A DNA stretch of 53,705 nt from Candidatus Eiseniibacteriota bacterium (lineage in GTDB: Bacteria; Eisenbacteria; RBG-16-71-46; CAIMUX01; VGJL01). Shown piece after piece: positions 38,175 through 46,580 of the stretch (the stretch's first letter is position 1; each line of letters starts with the position of its first letter). Below the pieces are notes generated by a model. That model did not search any database. It was not told the origin of the DNA and was given only the letters and a program-made list of their open reading frames with translations. Location of the stretch: assembly GCA_041946735.1 (NCBI GenBank), contig JBHGAY010000033.1, forward strand, positions 1-53,705. The letters run 5' to 3'. Made by a program: the position numbers and the translations under genes.

Positions 38175-39010
38175 TGGGGGGCCTCGGGAAGCGGATCACG
38201 ACCGCCGCGATCCTGCTTCCTCTCGTCATCCTGGCCGTCTGGGCCGGGCCGGTCCCGCTCGCGATCCTTCTCTCCGTCGCCGCGCTGCTCGGCGGGCGCG
38301 AGCTGGCTCGCCTCGGCCGGAATCGCGGCCTGACCGTCCCGTACCTCGTCCCCGGTCTGCTCGCTGCGCTCGTGATTCTCTGCTGGGCCCGGTTGGTGCC
38401 GCTCGAGCCGGCGCCGGCGCTCGTGCTCGTCGCGGTCGCTGCGATCCTGCTCGAGCTGTTCCGCCCGGGCGGCAGCGTGCTCCTCGGTTCGCCCTTGATC
38501 GCGTTCGGCGCCCTCTACCTCGGCTTGCTGCCGGCACACCTGCTCGGCTACTACGACTTCGCTTCCGGCGGAGAATCGGTCGCGGGCGCGATCGGCCGGG
38601 ACCCGTGGCCGCTCTACTATGTTTTCCTCCTCGTATGGACCTGCGACACCGCGGCCTTCCTGGCCGGCTCCGCCATCGGACGCCACAAGCTCTGGCCTCG
38701 CGTCAGTCCCAAGAAGTCCTGGGAGGGCTCGATCGCGGCTCTCCTGGGCTCCATCGTCGCCGCGCTTCTGGCTGGCGGGTGGGTGCCCGGTCTCGACACG
38801 GCGGGACGGATCGGCGCCGGCGTGCTGGCGGCGGTCTTCTCGCAGATCGGCGATCTCGCCGAGTCGTGGATGAAGCGCGAGGCCGCGGTCAAGGACTCCG
38901 GCCGCTCGTTCCCCGGACACGGCGGGATGCTCGATCGCCTCGATTCGCTGGTGCTCACCATCCCGGTTCTCTATTACTGGCTGCGGTGGTCCCTCCATGG
39001 GCAGGGCTGA
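38171..39010 (+). CDS. cdsA: Phosphatidate cytidylyltransferase
   Basis: Hydrophobic protein with SPKKSWEG and GDLAESWMKREAAVKDSG..FPGHGGMLDRLDS. Confidence 0.95.
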   Translation: MMGGLGKRITTAAILLPLVILAVWAGPVPLAILLSVAALLGGRELARLGRNRGLTVPYLVPGLLAALVILCWARLVPLEPAPALVLVAVAAILLELFRPGGSVLLGSPLIAFGALYLGLLPAHLLGYYDFASGGESVAGAIGRDPWPLYYVFLLVWTCDTAAFLAGSAIGRHKLWPRVSPKKSWEGSIAALLGSIVAALLAGGWVPGLDTAGRIGAGVLAAVFSQIGDLAESWMKREAAVKDSGRSFPGHGGMLDRLDSLVLTIPVLYYWLRWSLHGQG

Positions 39011-39031
39011 CCGGATGACGAACGAGACGCC

Positions 39032-40261
39032 ATGGGGAAGCGTGAAAGGGGAGAGGCGGTCGTGAGCGTCGCGCCGTCGCGATCGCCCAAGCGCGTCGCC
39101 GTCCTCGGGAGCACCGGCACGATCGGCCGGCTCGCGCTCGAGGTGATCTCCTGCTTCCCCGAGCGCTTCGAGGTCGTTGCGCTGACGGCGGGGAACCGCT
39201 GGGAGACGCTCGCCGAACAGGCGGCGCGCCACCGGCCACGACGCGTCTCGCTGCAGACGGCCGAGGCGTCGGAGGCGCTCCGGCAGGCGCTCGGCCCCGC
39301 CGCCCGGGGGATCGCGATCGATTCGGGCGCGGAAGGCAATCTGCGCGCCGTCACCGGCGAGGAGGAGCCCGAGATCGTCGTCAACGCTCTGGTCGGGGCC
39401 GCGGGGCTTCTCCCCTCCGTCGCCACGCTCGAGCGCGGCGCGCGACTCGCCCTCGCCAACAAGGAATCGCTCGTCGTCGCCGGAGAGCTTCTGGCGCGCG
39501 CGAGCGAGGCGGGGGGCGGGAGCATCGTCCCGATCGACAGCGAACACAGCGGGCTGTGGCAGTGCCTCGAGGGGCGGGATCGCGCTGCGGTGCGCCGCGT
39601 CGTCCTGACCGCCTCCGGCGGCCCGTTCCGCGCGCTTCCGCTCGAGAGGATCGAGAACGCCTCGCCCGAGGAGGCGCTCCGCCATCCGACCTGGAGGATG
39701 GGACGCCGCATCACGATCGATTCGGCGACGCTGCTCAACAAGGGATTCGAGGTCCTCGAGGCGCACTGGCTCTTCCGCCTCCCGGTCGAGCGGATCGGCG
39801 TCTGGATCCATCCGCAGAGCCTCGTCCACGCGCTCGTCGAGTGGGCCGACGGCTCGACGCTCGCCCAACTCTCGACCGCCGACATGCGGCTGCCGATCCA
39901 GGCGGCGCTTCTCCATCCCGAGCGTGTCCCGGGGCCGGTGGCTCCCTGCGATCTCGCGGCGCGCGGCCCGCTGGAGTTTCACGAGGTCGACGAGGCCCGC
40001 TATCCCTGCTTCCCGCTCGCGAAGGAGGCCCTCGCTCGCGGCGGCACGGCCCCCGCGGTGCTGAACGCGGCCGACGAGGTGCTCGTCGAGGAGTTCCTGG
40101 CCGGACGGATCTCCTTCGGATCGATCGCCCGCCTCTTGCGGGCCGTCGTGGAGGAGCACGAGCCGGCCTCCGCCGCCCGGATCGAGGCGATTGTCGCAGC
40201 GGACGCCTGGGCGCGTCTGCGCGCGCGGGAGTTGGCGGAGCGCGCTCCGAGGCGCGCGTGA
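39032..40261 (+). CDS. dxr: 1-deoxy-D-xylulose-5-phosphate reductoisomerase
   Basis: LGSTGTIG, LANKESLV, PIDSEH, LTASGGPF, HPTWRMG, NKGFE, DMRLPI. Confidence 0.96.
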   Translation: MGKRERGEAVVSVAPSRSPKRVAVLGSTGTIGRLALEVISCFPERFEVVALTAGNRWETLAEQAARHRPRRVSLQTAEASEALRQALGPAARGIAIDSGAEGNLRAVTGEEEPEIVVNALVGAAGLLPSVATLERGARLALANKESLVVAGELLARASEAGGGSIVPIDSEHSGLWQCLEGRDRAAVRRVVLTASGGPFRALPLERIENASPEEALRHPTWRMGRRITIDSATLLNKGFEVLEAHWLFRLPVERIGVWIHPQSLVHALVEWADGSTLAQLSTADMRLPIQAALLHPERVPGPVAPCDLAARGPLEFHEVDEARYPCFPLAKEALARGGTAPAVLNAADEVLVEEFLAGRISFGSIARLLRAVVEEHEPASAARIEAIVAADAWARLRARELAERAPRRA

Positions 40262-42267
40262 GGAGCGGGCGCCGGCTGCGCTTGGCGCCGCTGCGGTGCG
40301 CGCCGCTCCTGTGGGCGCTGATCTTCTCCGCGCTGCTCGCGCCTCCCGCCTCGGCACAGAGCGAAGCGTCCCCCGATGTCGAGGCGATCGAGTTCCGCGG
40401 CAACGCCTCGATCGACGCGGGCGACCTGCGCGGGGTGATGAAGATCCGCGGTCCCGCCTGGTGGAACCCGTTCCGCCGGCATCCGTACCTCGGCCCCGAC
40501 TATCTCACCCTCGACCTCTACCGGATCACTGAGCTGTATCGCGACCGCGGCTTCCCGCTCGCGGTCGTCTCCGACGCCGAGGTCTCCCAAGGCGACGATG
40601 GGAAGGTGCGGATCACGATCACGATCGAGGAAGGCCCCGCCTACCGCGTGCGCGACGTCGATCTGCGCGGCGTGCAGCCCTCGCTGCTCTCCCGCGCGCG
40701 CCGGCGCCTGCGCATCCATGGCGGCGATCTGTTGCGACGCTCGAAGATCGAGGAGACGACGCGCGATCTGACCAGCTTCTATCAGGAGGCGGGATACCTG
40801 CGCGCGAGGATCGTCGCCGACCAGCGTCTCGACGGGCGGCAGGGGGCGGCGGACGGGCAGAACGGCGGCCCGCAAGCGGACCTGCAGCCGGGCGGCGCGC
40901 ACGCGGAACCGTCCCCCGGCGAGCCGCAGGCCGACCTCGTCTTCACCGTCGCCGAGGGCCCGCTCTTCCGGATGCGCGACGCTCGCGTCGACACCACCGC
41001 CGGGCGGCTCACGCGCACGCGCGAGGCGGTCGTCCGCCGCGAGGTTCTGCTCGAGCCCGGCGACATCTTCCGCACCTCGAAGGTCCTGAAGACCCAGGAC
41101 CGGATCTACGAGACCGGCGTCTTCCGGACGGTGCGCGTGGTCGCAGAGCCCGACACGCTCGGCCGTCCCCTCGCGGATCTGCGGATCGTCGTTCACGAGC
41201 GCGTTCCGGGCTGGTACGGCTTCGGCGCCGGATACACCTCGGACGACCGGGTCCGTCTGCTCGCCGAATGGGGCAACCGCAACCTGGACGGCGCGGCGCG
41301 CCGCCTCCAGGCGAACGCCGATGTCGCGTTCTCCCTCGACCCCACCTTCCGCGGGCGTGGGCTGCCGCTGAAGTCGGCCGAGGGGAAGCTGTCCTACATC
41401 GAGCCGTGGATCTTCGGAACGAAGGCGAACAGCCAGACGAGCCTCGGCCATGTCTACGAGAAGCAAAACACCTTCGACCAGGACATCACCTCGCTCGAAG
41501 AGGCGCTGAAGCGGAGCATCGGCCGCTTCTCGAGCGTCAGCCTCGGCCTCACGAACAAGTGGGTGCGCACCGGCGACACCCTCGCCGTCGGCACGAACTA
41601 CATCACGCGCAACGCCTCGGTCGGCCTCGAGGAGGATCGACGCGACAACCTCCTCGACCCGCGTCGCGGCTCCCAGGCGAACCTTCTCGCCGAGTACGCC
41701 GGGGGTCTCCTCGGCGGCACCACGGAGTTCAGCCGCTGGAGCGCGACCGGCTCGTGGTACCTGTCGCTCCGCGGCGGCAAGGTCCTCGCCCTGCGCGCGC
41801 GCGGCGGCTACATCATCCCGGTCGGATCGGGAGGCGGCGGCGACTCGCTGAACGTCGCGCGGATCCCGTTCGAGGAGCGCTTCCGGATCGGCGGCGGCAC
41901 GACGGTGCGCGGCTACGCGGAGAACTCGCTCGGCCAGTCGGTCGGTGGCGAAGCGATCGGCGGCGCGGCGGTCCTCCTCGGCAACGTCGAGCTGCGCTTC
42001 CCGATCGCATGGCTGATCGGCGGGGCGCTCTTCCTCGACGCGGGCAACGTGTGGGACGATCCGCGCGACATCCAGCTCGCGCAGTTCGCGCGTGGACTCC
42101 GCGACGGCCAGACGGATCCGCGCAACGTCGCCTTCGGCGCCGGCGCCGGGCTGCGCTTCGCCACTCCGGTCGGGCCCTTCCGCATCGACTACGGACTGAA
42201 GATCGGGGAGCGGCCTTCCGGCGAGAAGCCGGGCGAGCTGCACCTGAGCCTCGGGCAGGCGTTCTGA
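40258..42267 (+). CDS. tamA: Omp85-family protein, TamA-like (about three POTRA domains plus barrel)
   Basis: POTRA segments (IEFRGN, ITIEEGP, VRREV), GGGTTVRGY, GLRFATPVGPFRIDYG, C-terminal LGQAF; directly upstream of tamB. Confidence 0.85.
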   Translation: MRSGRRLRLAPLRCAPLLWALIFSALLAPPASAQSEASPDVEAIEFRGNASIDAGDLRGVMKIRGPAWWNPFRRHPYLGPDYLTLDLYRITELYRDRGFPLAVVSDAEVSQGDDGKVRITITIEEGPAYRVRDVDLRGVQPSLLSRARRRLRIHGGDLLRRSKIEETTRDLTSFYQEAGYLRARIVADQRLDGRQGAADGQNGGPQADLQPGGAHAEPSPGEPQADLVFTVAEGPLFRMRDARVDTTAGRLTRTREAVVRREVLLEPGDIFRTSKVLKTQDRIYETGVFRTVRVVAEPDTLGRPLADLRIVVHERVPGWYGFGAGYTSDDRVRLLAEWGNRNLDGAARRLQANADVAFSLDPTFRGRGLPLKSAEGKLSYIEPWIFGTKANSQTSLGHVYEKQNTFDQDITSLEEALKRSIGRFSSVSLGLTNKWVRTGDTLAVGTNYITRNASVGLEEDRRDNLLDPRRGSQANLLAEYAGGLLGGTTEFSRWSATGSWYLSLRGGKVLALRARGGYIIPVGSGGGGDSLNVARIPFEERFRIGGGTTVRGYAENSLGQSVGGEAIGGAAVLLGNVELRFPIAWLIGGALFLDAGNVWDDPRDIQLAQFARGLRDGQTDPRNVAFGAGAGLRFATPVGPFRIDYGLKIGERPSGEKPGELHLSLGQAF

Positions 42268-45200
42268 TGGCGAGGCGCGACGCGGCGGCGCTCCCCCCCG
42301 AGCGGGAGCGGGGCGAGGGAGGCAGCCGCCGCCTGCGGATCCTGCTCTGGCTCGCGCTCGCCGCGTTCCTCGCGGCGCTCCTCGCCTCTCCCTTCACCGT
42401 GATCCGCAACGATCGGGCGCGGCTGTGGATCCTCGATCGCAGCCTGAACCGGGGCGTCCTGCCGGCCGGCTGGCGGCTCACGATCGACCGCATCGCCGCC
42501 CTCGGTCCCGAAGGGATCACGTTGCGCGGCGTGCACGTCCTGCGGGCCGAGCCGGACAGCGCCCGCGCCGGCGCGGGTGCCGCGGGCTTCGGCGCCGATG
42601 CGGGTGCCACAGTCTTCGGCGCTGGCGCTGAGCGAGCGGGCGCGGAGCGGGAATGGGCCTCGATCGGCAGGCTGGATCTGCGCTGGTCGCCGCGCCGGCT
42701 TCTCTGGCGGCAGATCCGCGCCGAGCGGCTGATCGTCGACTCCCTCACGGTCGATCTCGACGTGCCGCCGCCGGTCTTCACCTCCGCCCGGCGCGAAGGC
42801 GGCGCGGCCGAGCCGCCGGCCGAAGGGGCCGGCCGCATGGAGCTCCCGTCGATCCGCCTCGCGCGGCTCGAGGTGCGCGGCGCGCGCGCCGTCCGCGCCG
42901 GCGCCGTTCGATACGGCGCCGATCTGGTCCTCCACGATCTCTCGCACGAGCGCGGGCAGGTCCAGGGGACGCTGGCGCGGCTCGTCCTTCAGGACTTCTC
43001 CGACACGCTCGAAGCGGTCCTCGACGGCGGCAGGATGGCGGGCGAGCTTCCCCATCGCTTCCGGATCGAGGGAGCCAAGATCTCCTCGGACGGCCTCCGC
43101 GCCTCGCTCGACGGACAGGTCAGCCTTCCTACCCCCGAGGACCGCACCTTGCGCGCCAGCGTGGCGTCCGACATCCGCCGCATCGAGCCGGAGGCGATCC
43201 GGCCCGCCCGCCGGCTCGGCGTGCCGTTCGGCGCGGCCGACTCGCTGTCCGGGACGGTCCGCCTCGACGTCGCCGGCCGCCGCTTCGCCCTCGCGCTCGA
43301 TCTCGCCGGCCGTCTCCTCGACGCTCCGCTCGCGCGCCTCGAGGTCGTCTCCCACCTCGCGGGCGATTCCCTGCGCGTCGAGAGGCTCGAGGTCGATCAC
43401 CGCGCCGCGACGGCGAGCGCCTCCGGCCTCCTCCTGCTCGATGAGAAGCGGATCTCCGGTGACCTGTCCGCCTCCTGGATCGATCTCACCGACCCTGCCC
43501 TCGCGCGCCTGCTGCCGGCCGAGATCCCCGCCGTGCGCCTCAAGGGGGAGGTCGCGGGCGACGGCTCGCTGCAGGCGAACGAACCGCGCTTCGCCGGCGC
43601 CGCCGATCTTCCCTGGGTGGAGCTGGATGGACGGGAGATCGGGCCGATCCGCTTCGCGGGCTCCTACGCCGGCCGCATCCTCGCCCTCGACAGCCTCCGC
43701 GCCGGCGATCCGGGCACCGTGGGGATCCTGCGCGCGAGCGGCCGCTGGGACACCCGCGCCGAAGGCGCGATCGCGGGCACGGCGGAGGTGCGCGGCGTGC
43801 GCCTCGAGGACTGGCTCGCCCCCCGGATCCACGTCGACATCCGGGGCCCGGTCGACGCGCGCTTTGATGTCGCCGGGACGACCGGCCGCCCGACCGTCCG
43901 CGGCGCGGCGAGCAGCGCCCCCTTCCGCGTGCTCGACCTTCTCGCCGACCGGGTCGCGCTCGACGACGTCGAGGGGACTCTGCGGCCCTTCGACCTGCGC
44001 GGGCGCGCGAGCGGTCGCGTCTTCGACGTCTTCGGCGTTCCGGCCGACACCGCCGCCTTCGACGTCGCGATGGCGAAGACGATCGAGGTCGAAGGGTTCG
44101 CGCGCGTCGATTCGCTCCTCGCCCGCACCCGCACGACGATCTTCCCGGCGGAGCCGGGGTCGCTGCTCGTCTCCTCCCTCCGCTTCGAGCCCGGCTCGCT
44201 GCCCGCATGGGAAGGGGACGGACGCGGCGTCGTCCGCTGGTATCGAGGCAACGCCTGGCTCGAGCGGATCGCGATGCGCTCCCCCGACGGATCGGTCGCG
44301 GGGAAGCTCCACGTCGGCCGTGGCGGAAGCAGCCTCGACGGCGAGGTGCGGGCCGACTCCGTCGATCTCGAGTTCTTCCGCAGGCTCCTCGATCTCCCCG
44401 ACTCCTCGCTTGCCGGATCGGCCGGCTTCCGAGCGACGATCGACGGCAGCGCGCTACGTCCCGGCGGCACCGCGAGGCTCGCCGCGAACGGCCTCCTGAT
44501 CGAGCGCTGGCCCGTCGGCTCCCTCGAGACCCGCCTCACCGCCGACAGCTCCGGCTGGATCACCGTCGACTCGCTCGACGCGGGCGTCGGGCGCGGCTGG
44601 GGGCGCATCTCCGGCTCGCGCGTGCGCGTGCAGCCGCCGCTGCCGATCCCGCGTCTTCTCGAGGCGCTCGCCGACTCGCTCGATCCTCTGATCGCCGCGA
44701 CGCGGATCGAGGGGCGTATCGCCGTCGACTCGCTGTCGCTCGGGCGTCTCTTCCACACCGCGATCGAGGGAGCCGAGGGGGCGAACGCGATCTTGGCGAC
44801 CTCGCCCGATCCGATGACCGCGCGCATCCGCACCGTGCGCAACGGCCAGCAGGGGGCCGCGGGCGCCGACCAGAACCCGGTCGAGGGGGAGATCCATCTG
44901 GAGGTGACCGCCAGCGGCACCGGCGCCGCCCCGGGCGCGGCCGCGCGCGGCTCGATCCGCCGCCTGAAGCTCTACCAGGCGCGCGCCGACTCGCTGCTCT
45001 TCGGCGCCTCCTATCTGCCGGGGACGGCGACGCTCGATTCGCTCGTCTGGCATCGCGGAGCGAGGCAGGCGCGGGCGCAGGGGGAGATGCCGCTCGTCGC
45101 GAGCCTCGTTCCGGGCGGGACCGCGATTCCCGACGGCCGCCCCTTCCACCTCGACGCGGAGCTTCCCGAGATCGATCTCGCGCTCCTCGGCGCCCTCACT

Positions 45201-46445
45201 CCCGACATCCAGGATCCGGAAGGGATGCTCTCCGGCCGGATCTCGCTGCGCGGCACGCGCGCGGCGCCGTGGGCATCGGGCGCGCTGTCGATCCGCGACG
45301 GGGCGCTTCGCATTCCCAACCGGGAGGAACGCATCCACGACATCGACGGCGACCTGACGCTCGACTCGACCGGCGTCCGCATCGAGACCCTGGGCGGGAA
45401 GGTCGGGAGCGCCGGCCGCGCCCGCGCCGAGGGGTGGTTCCGGAGCCCGACGGACTTCGAATTCACGGCGGCCGTCCAGGACGCGACGGTCTTCGAGACC
45501 GGCCTCTATCACTTCACGGTCGACGGCGAGATCGAGGTGTTCCCCGTGGTCAGCGATTTCGGCTCGTACTATCAGGCGGTCGGGCGGGCGACCGTTCAGG
45601 AGGGAGCGATCGTCGGGGATCTCGCGAAGGTTCCGCCTCCGCCGCCGCGCCCGCCGACGAAGCGGCCCCCCTGGCGCGCCGAAATCGACATCGACGCGCC
45701 GGGCAACGTCCGGATGTCGACGGCGGTCGCCTCCGTCGATCTCGGCCGGAGCGAGGACCTCCACCTCTCCTTCGTCGAGCCTCTGATCAACATCAGCGGG
45801 AAGGTGTACGTTCTGGGAGGGCGCTACCGCGTCTTCAACAACGTCTTCACGATCACCGACGGATCCGTCGAGTTCCGCGACACCGGACGAGGTCCCGAGC
45901 CGATCCTCGACGTCAACGCCGAGACCGAGGTGTCCGACTGGCCCGCCGCCGGGGAGGCGGGGCAGATGGTCACCGTTCGGATCCACGCGACGGGACCGAT
46001 CACCGAGCTGGCGATCGACTTCACCTCCGAGCCTGCGCGGACGGAGGACGAGATCGTCGAGCTGCTCTCCCTCGGGCGATGGACGGGCGGGCAGGCGGGC
46101 GCGCTCAACGTGGCCGACCCGTCGCGGCAGTACATCTTCACGGAGCTGGTCTCGCAGATCGAGTCGCAGATGTCGCAGATGATCGCGCCGCTCGAGAACG
46201 TCTCCGTGCAGCCGGGGCTGGGACCGGGCGAGGCGTGGAAGCTGAACGTCCGGCAGAACGTCCTGCCGCAGGTGCAGCTCGCCTACACGCGGGAGCTGTC
46301 GCCGACGGCGGACCAGGAGCTGAATCTGCACTACAACCTGCGGGGCCAGCTCTATCTCAACGCCGGTCTGGAGCGGCGGCAGACGCAGGCGGGCGCGAGC
46401 GATCGCTACTCGCTTGACCTCAAGTTGCGGTTCGAGTACGAGTAG
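42267..46445 (+). CDS. tamB: TamB / AsmA-like translocation and assembly module protein
   Basis: N-terminal TM anchor, long beta-taenial sequence, C-terminal DUF490-like segment (GGRYRVFNNVF...PILDVNA...FTSEP..TEDEIVELL). Confidence 0.85.
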   Translation: MARRDAAALPPERERGEGGSRRLRILLWLALAAFLAALLASPFTVIRNDRARLWILDRSLNRGVLPAGWRLTIDRIAALGPEGITLRGVHVLRAEPDSARAGAGAAGFGADAGATVFGAGAERAGAEREWASIGRLDLRWSPRRLLWRQIRAERLIVDSLTVDLDVPPPVFTSARREGGAAEPPAEGAGRMELPSIRLARLEVRGARAVRAGAVRYGADLVLHDLSHERGQVQGTLARLVLQDFSDTLEAVLDGGRMAGELPHRFRIEGAKISSDGLRASLDGQVSLPTPEDRTLRASVASDIRRIEPEAIRPARRLGVPFGAADSLSGTVRLDVAGRRFALALDLAGRLLDAPLARLEVVSHLAGDSLRVERLEVDHRAATASASGLLLLDEKRISGDLSASWIDLTDPALARLLPAEIPAVRLKGEVAGDGSLQANEPRFAGAADLPWVELDGREIGPIRFAGSYAGRILALDSLRAGDPGTVGILRASGRWDTRAEGAIAGTAEVRGVRLEDWLAPRIHVDIRGPVDARFDVAGTTGRPTVRGAASSAPFRVLDLLADRVALDDVEGTLRPFDLRGRASGRVFDVFGVPADTAAFDVAMAKTIEVEGFARVDSLLARTRTTIFPAEPGSLLVSSLRFEPGSLPAWEGDGRGVVRWYRGNAWLERIAMRSPDGSVAGKLHVGRGGSSLDGEVRADSVDLEFFRRLLDLPDSSLAGSAGFRATIDGSALRPGGTARLAANGLLIERWPVGSLETRLTADSSGWITVDSLDAGVGRGWGRISGSRVRVQPPLPIPRLLEALADSLDPLIAATRIEGRIAVDSLSLGRLFHTAIEGAEGANAILATSPDPMTARIRTVRNGQQGAAGADQNPVEGEIHLEVTASGTGAAPGAAARGSIRRLKLYQARADSLLFGASYLPGTATLDSLVWHRGARQARAQGEMPLVASLVPGGTAIPDGRPFHLDAELPEIDLALLGALTPDIQDPEGMLSGRISLRGTRAAPWASGALSIRDGALRIPNREERIHDIDGDLTLDSTGVRIETLGGKVGSAGRARAEGWFRSPTDFEFTAAVQDATVFETGLYHFTVDGEIEVFPVVSDFGSYYQAVGRATVQEGAIVGDLAKVPPPPPRPPTKRPPWRAEIDIDAPGNVRMSTAVASVDLGRSEDLHLSFVEPLINISGKVYVLGGRYRVFNNVFTITDGSVEFRDTGRGPEPILDVNAETEVSDWPAAGEAGQMVTVRIHATGPITELAIDFTSEPARTEDEIVELLSLGRWTGGQAGALNVADPSRQYIFTELVSQIESQMSQMIAPLENVSVQPGLGPGEAWKLNVRQNVLPQVQLAYTRELSPTADQELNLHYNLRGQLYLNAGLERRQTQAGASDRYSLDLKLRFEYE

Positions 46446-46463
46446 GCCTTCCGTTCGACGGCG

Positions 46464-46541
46464 AGCACGAGATGCTCGCCACAGCACGAGACACAGCACG
46501 AGACACAGCGCGAGATACTCGAGATAGCACGAGATACTCGA
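46464..46541. repeat. Short intergenic tandem repeat: AGC(A/G)CGAGA five times, mostly 12-bp period
   Basis: acagcacgagac acagcacgagac acagcgcgagat actcgagat agcacgagatactcga. Confidence 0.75.
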
Positions 46542-46580
46542 ACCGAGGCCCGACACTTCACGACGCGAGGAGAGCTTCTC

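Noticed and set aside
46464..46541. Possible CRISPR array
   Set aside because: Units are only 9-12 bp, there are no unique spacers, and no cas genes are present.
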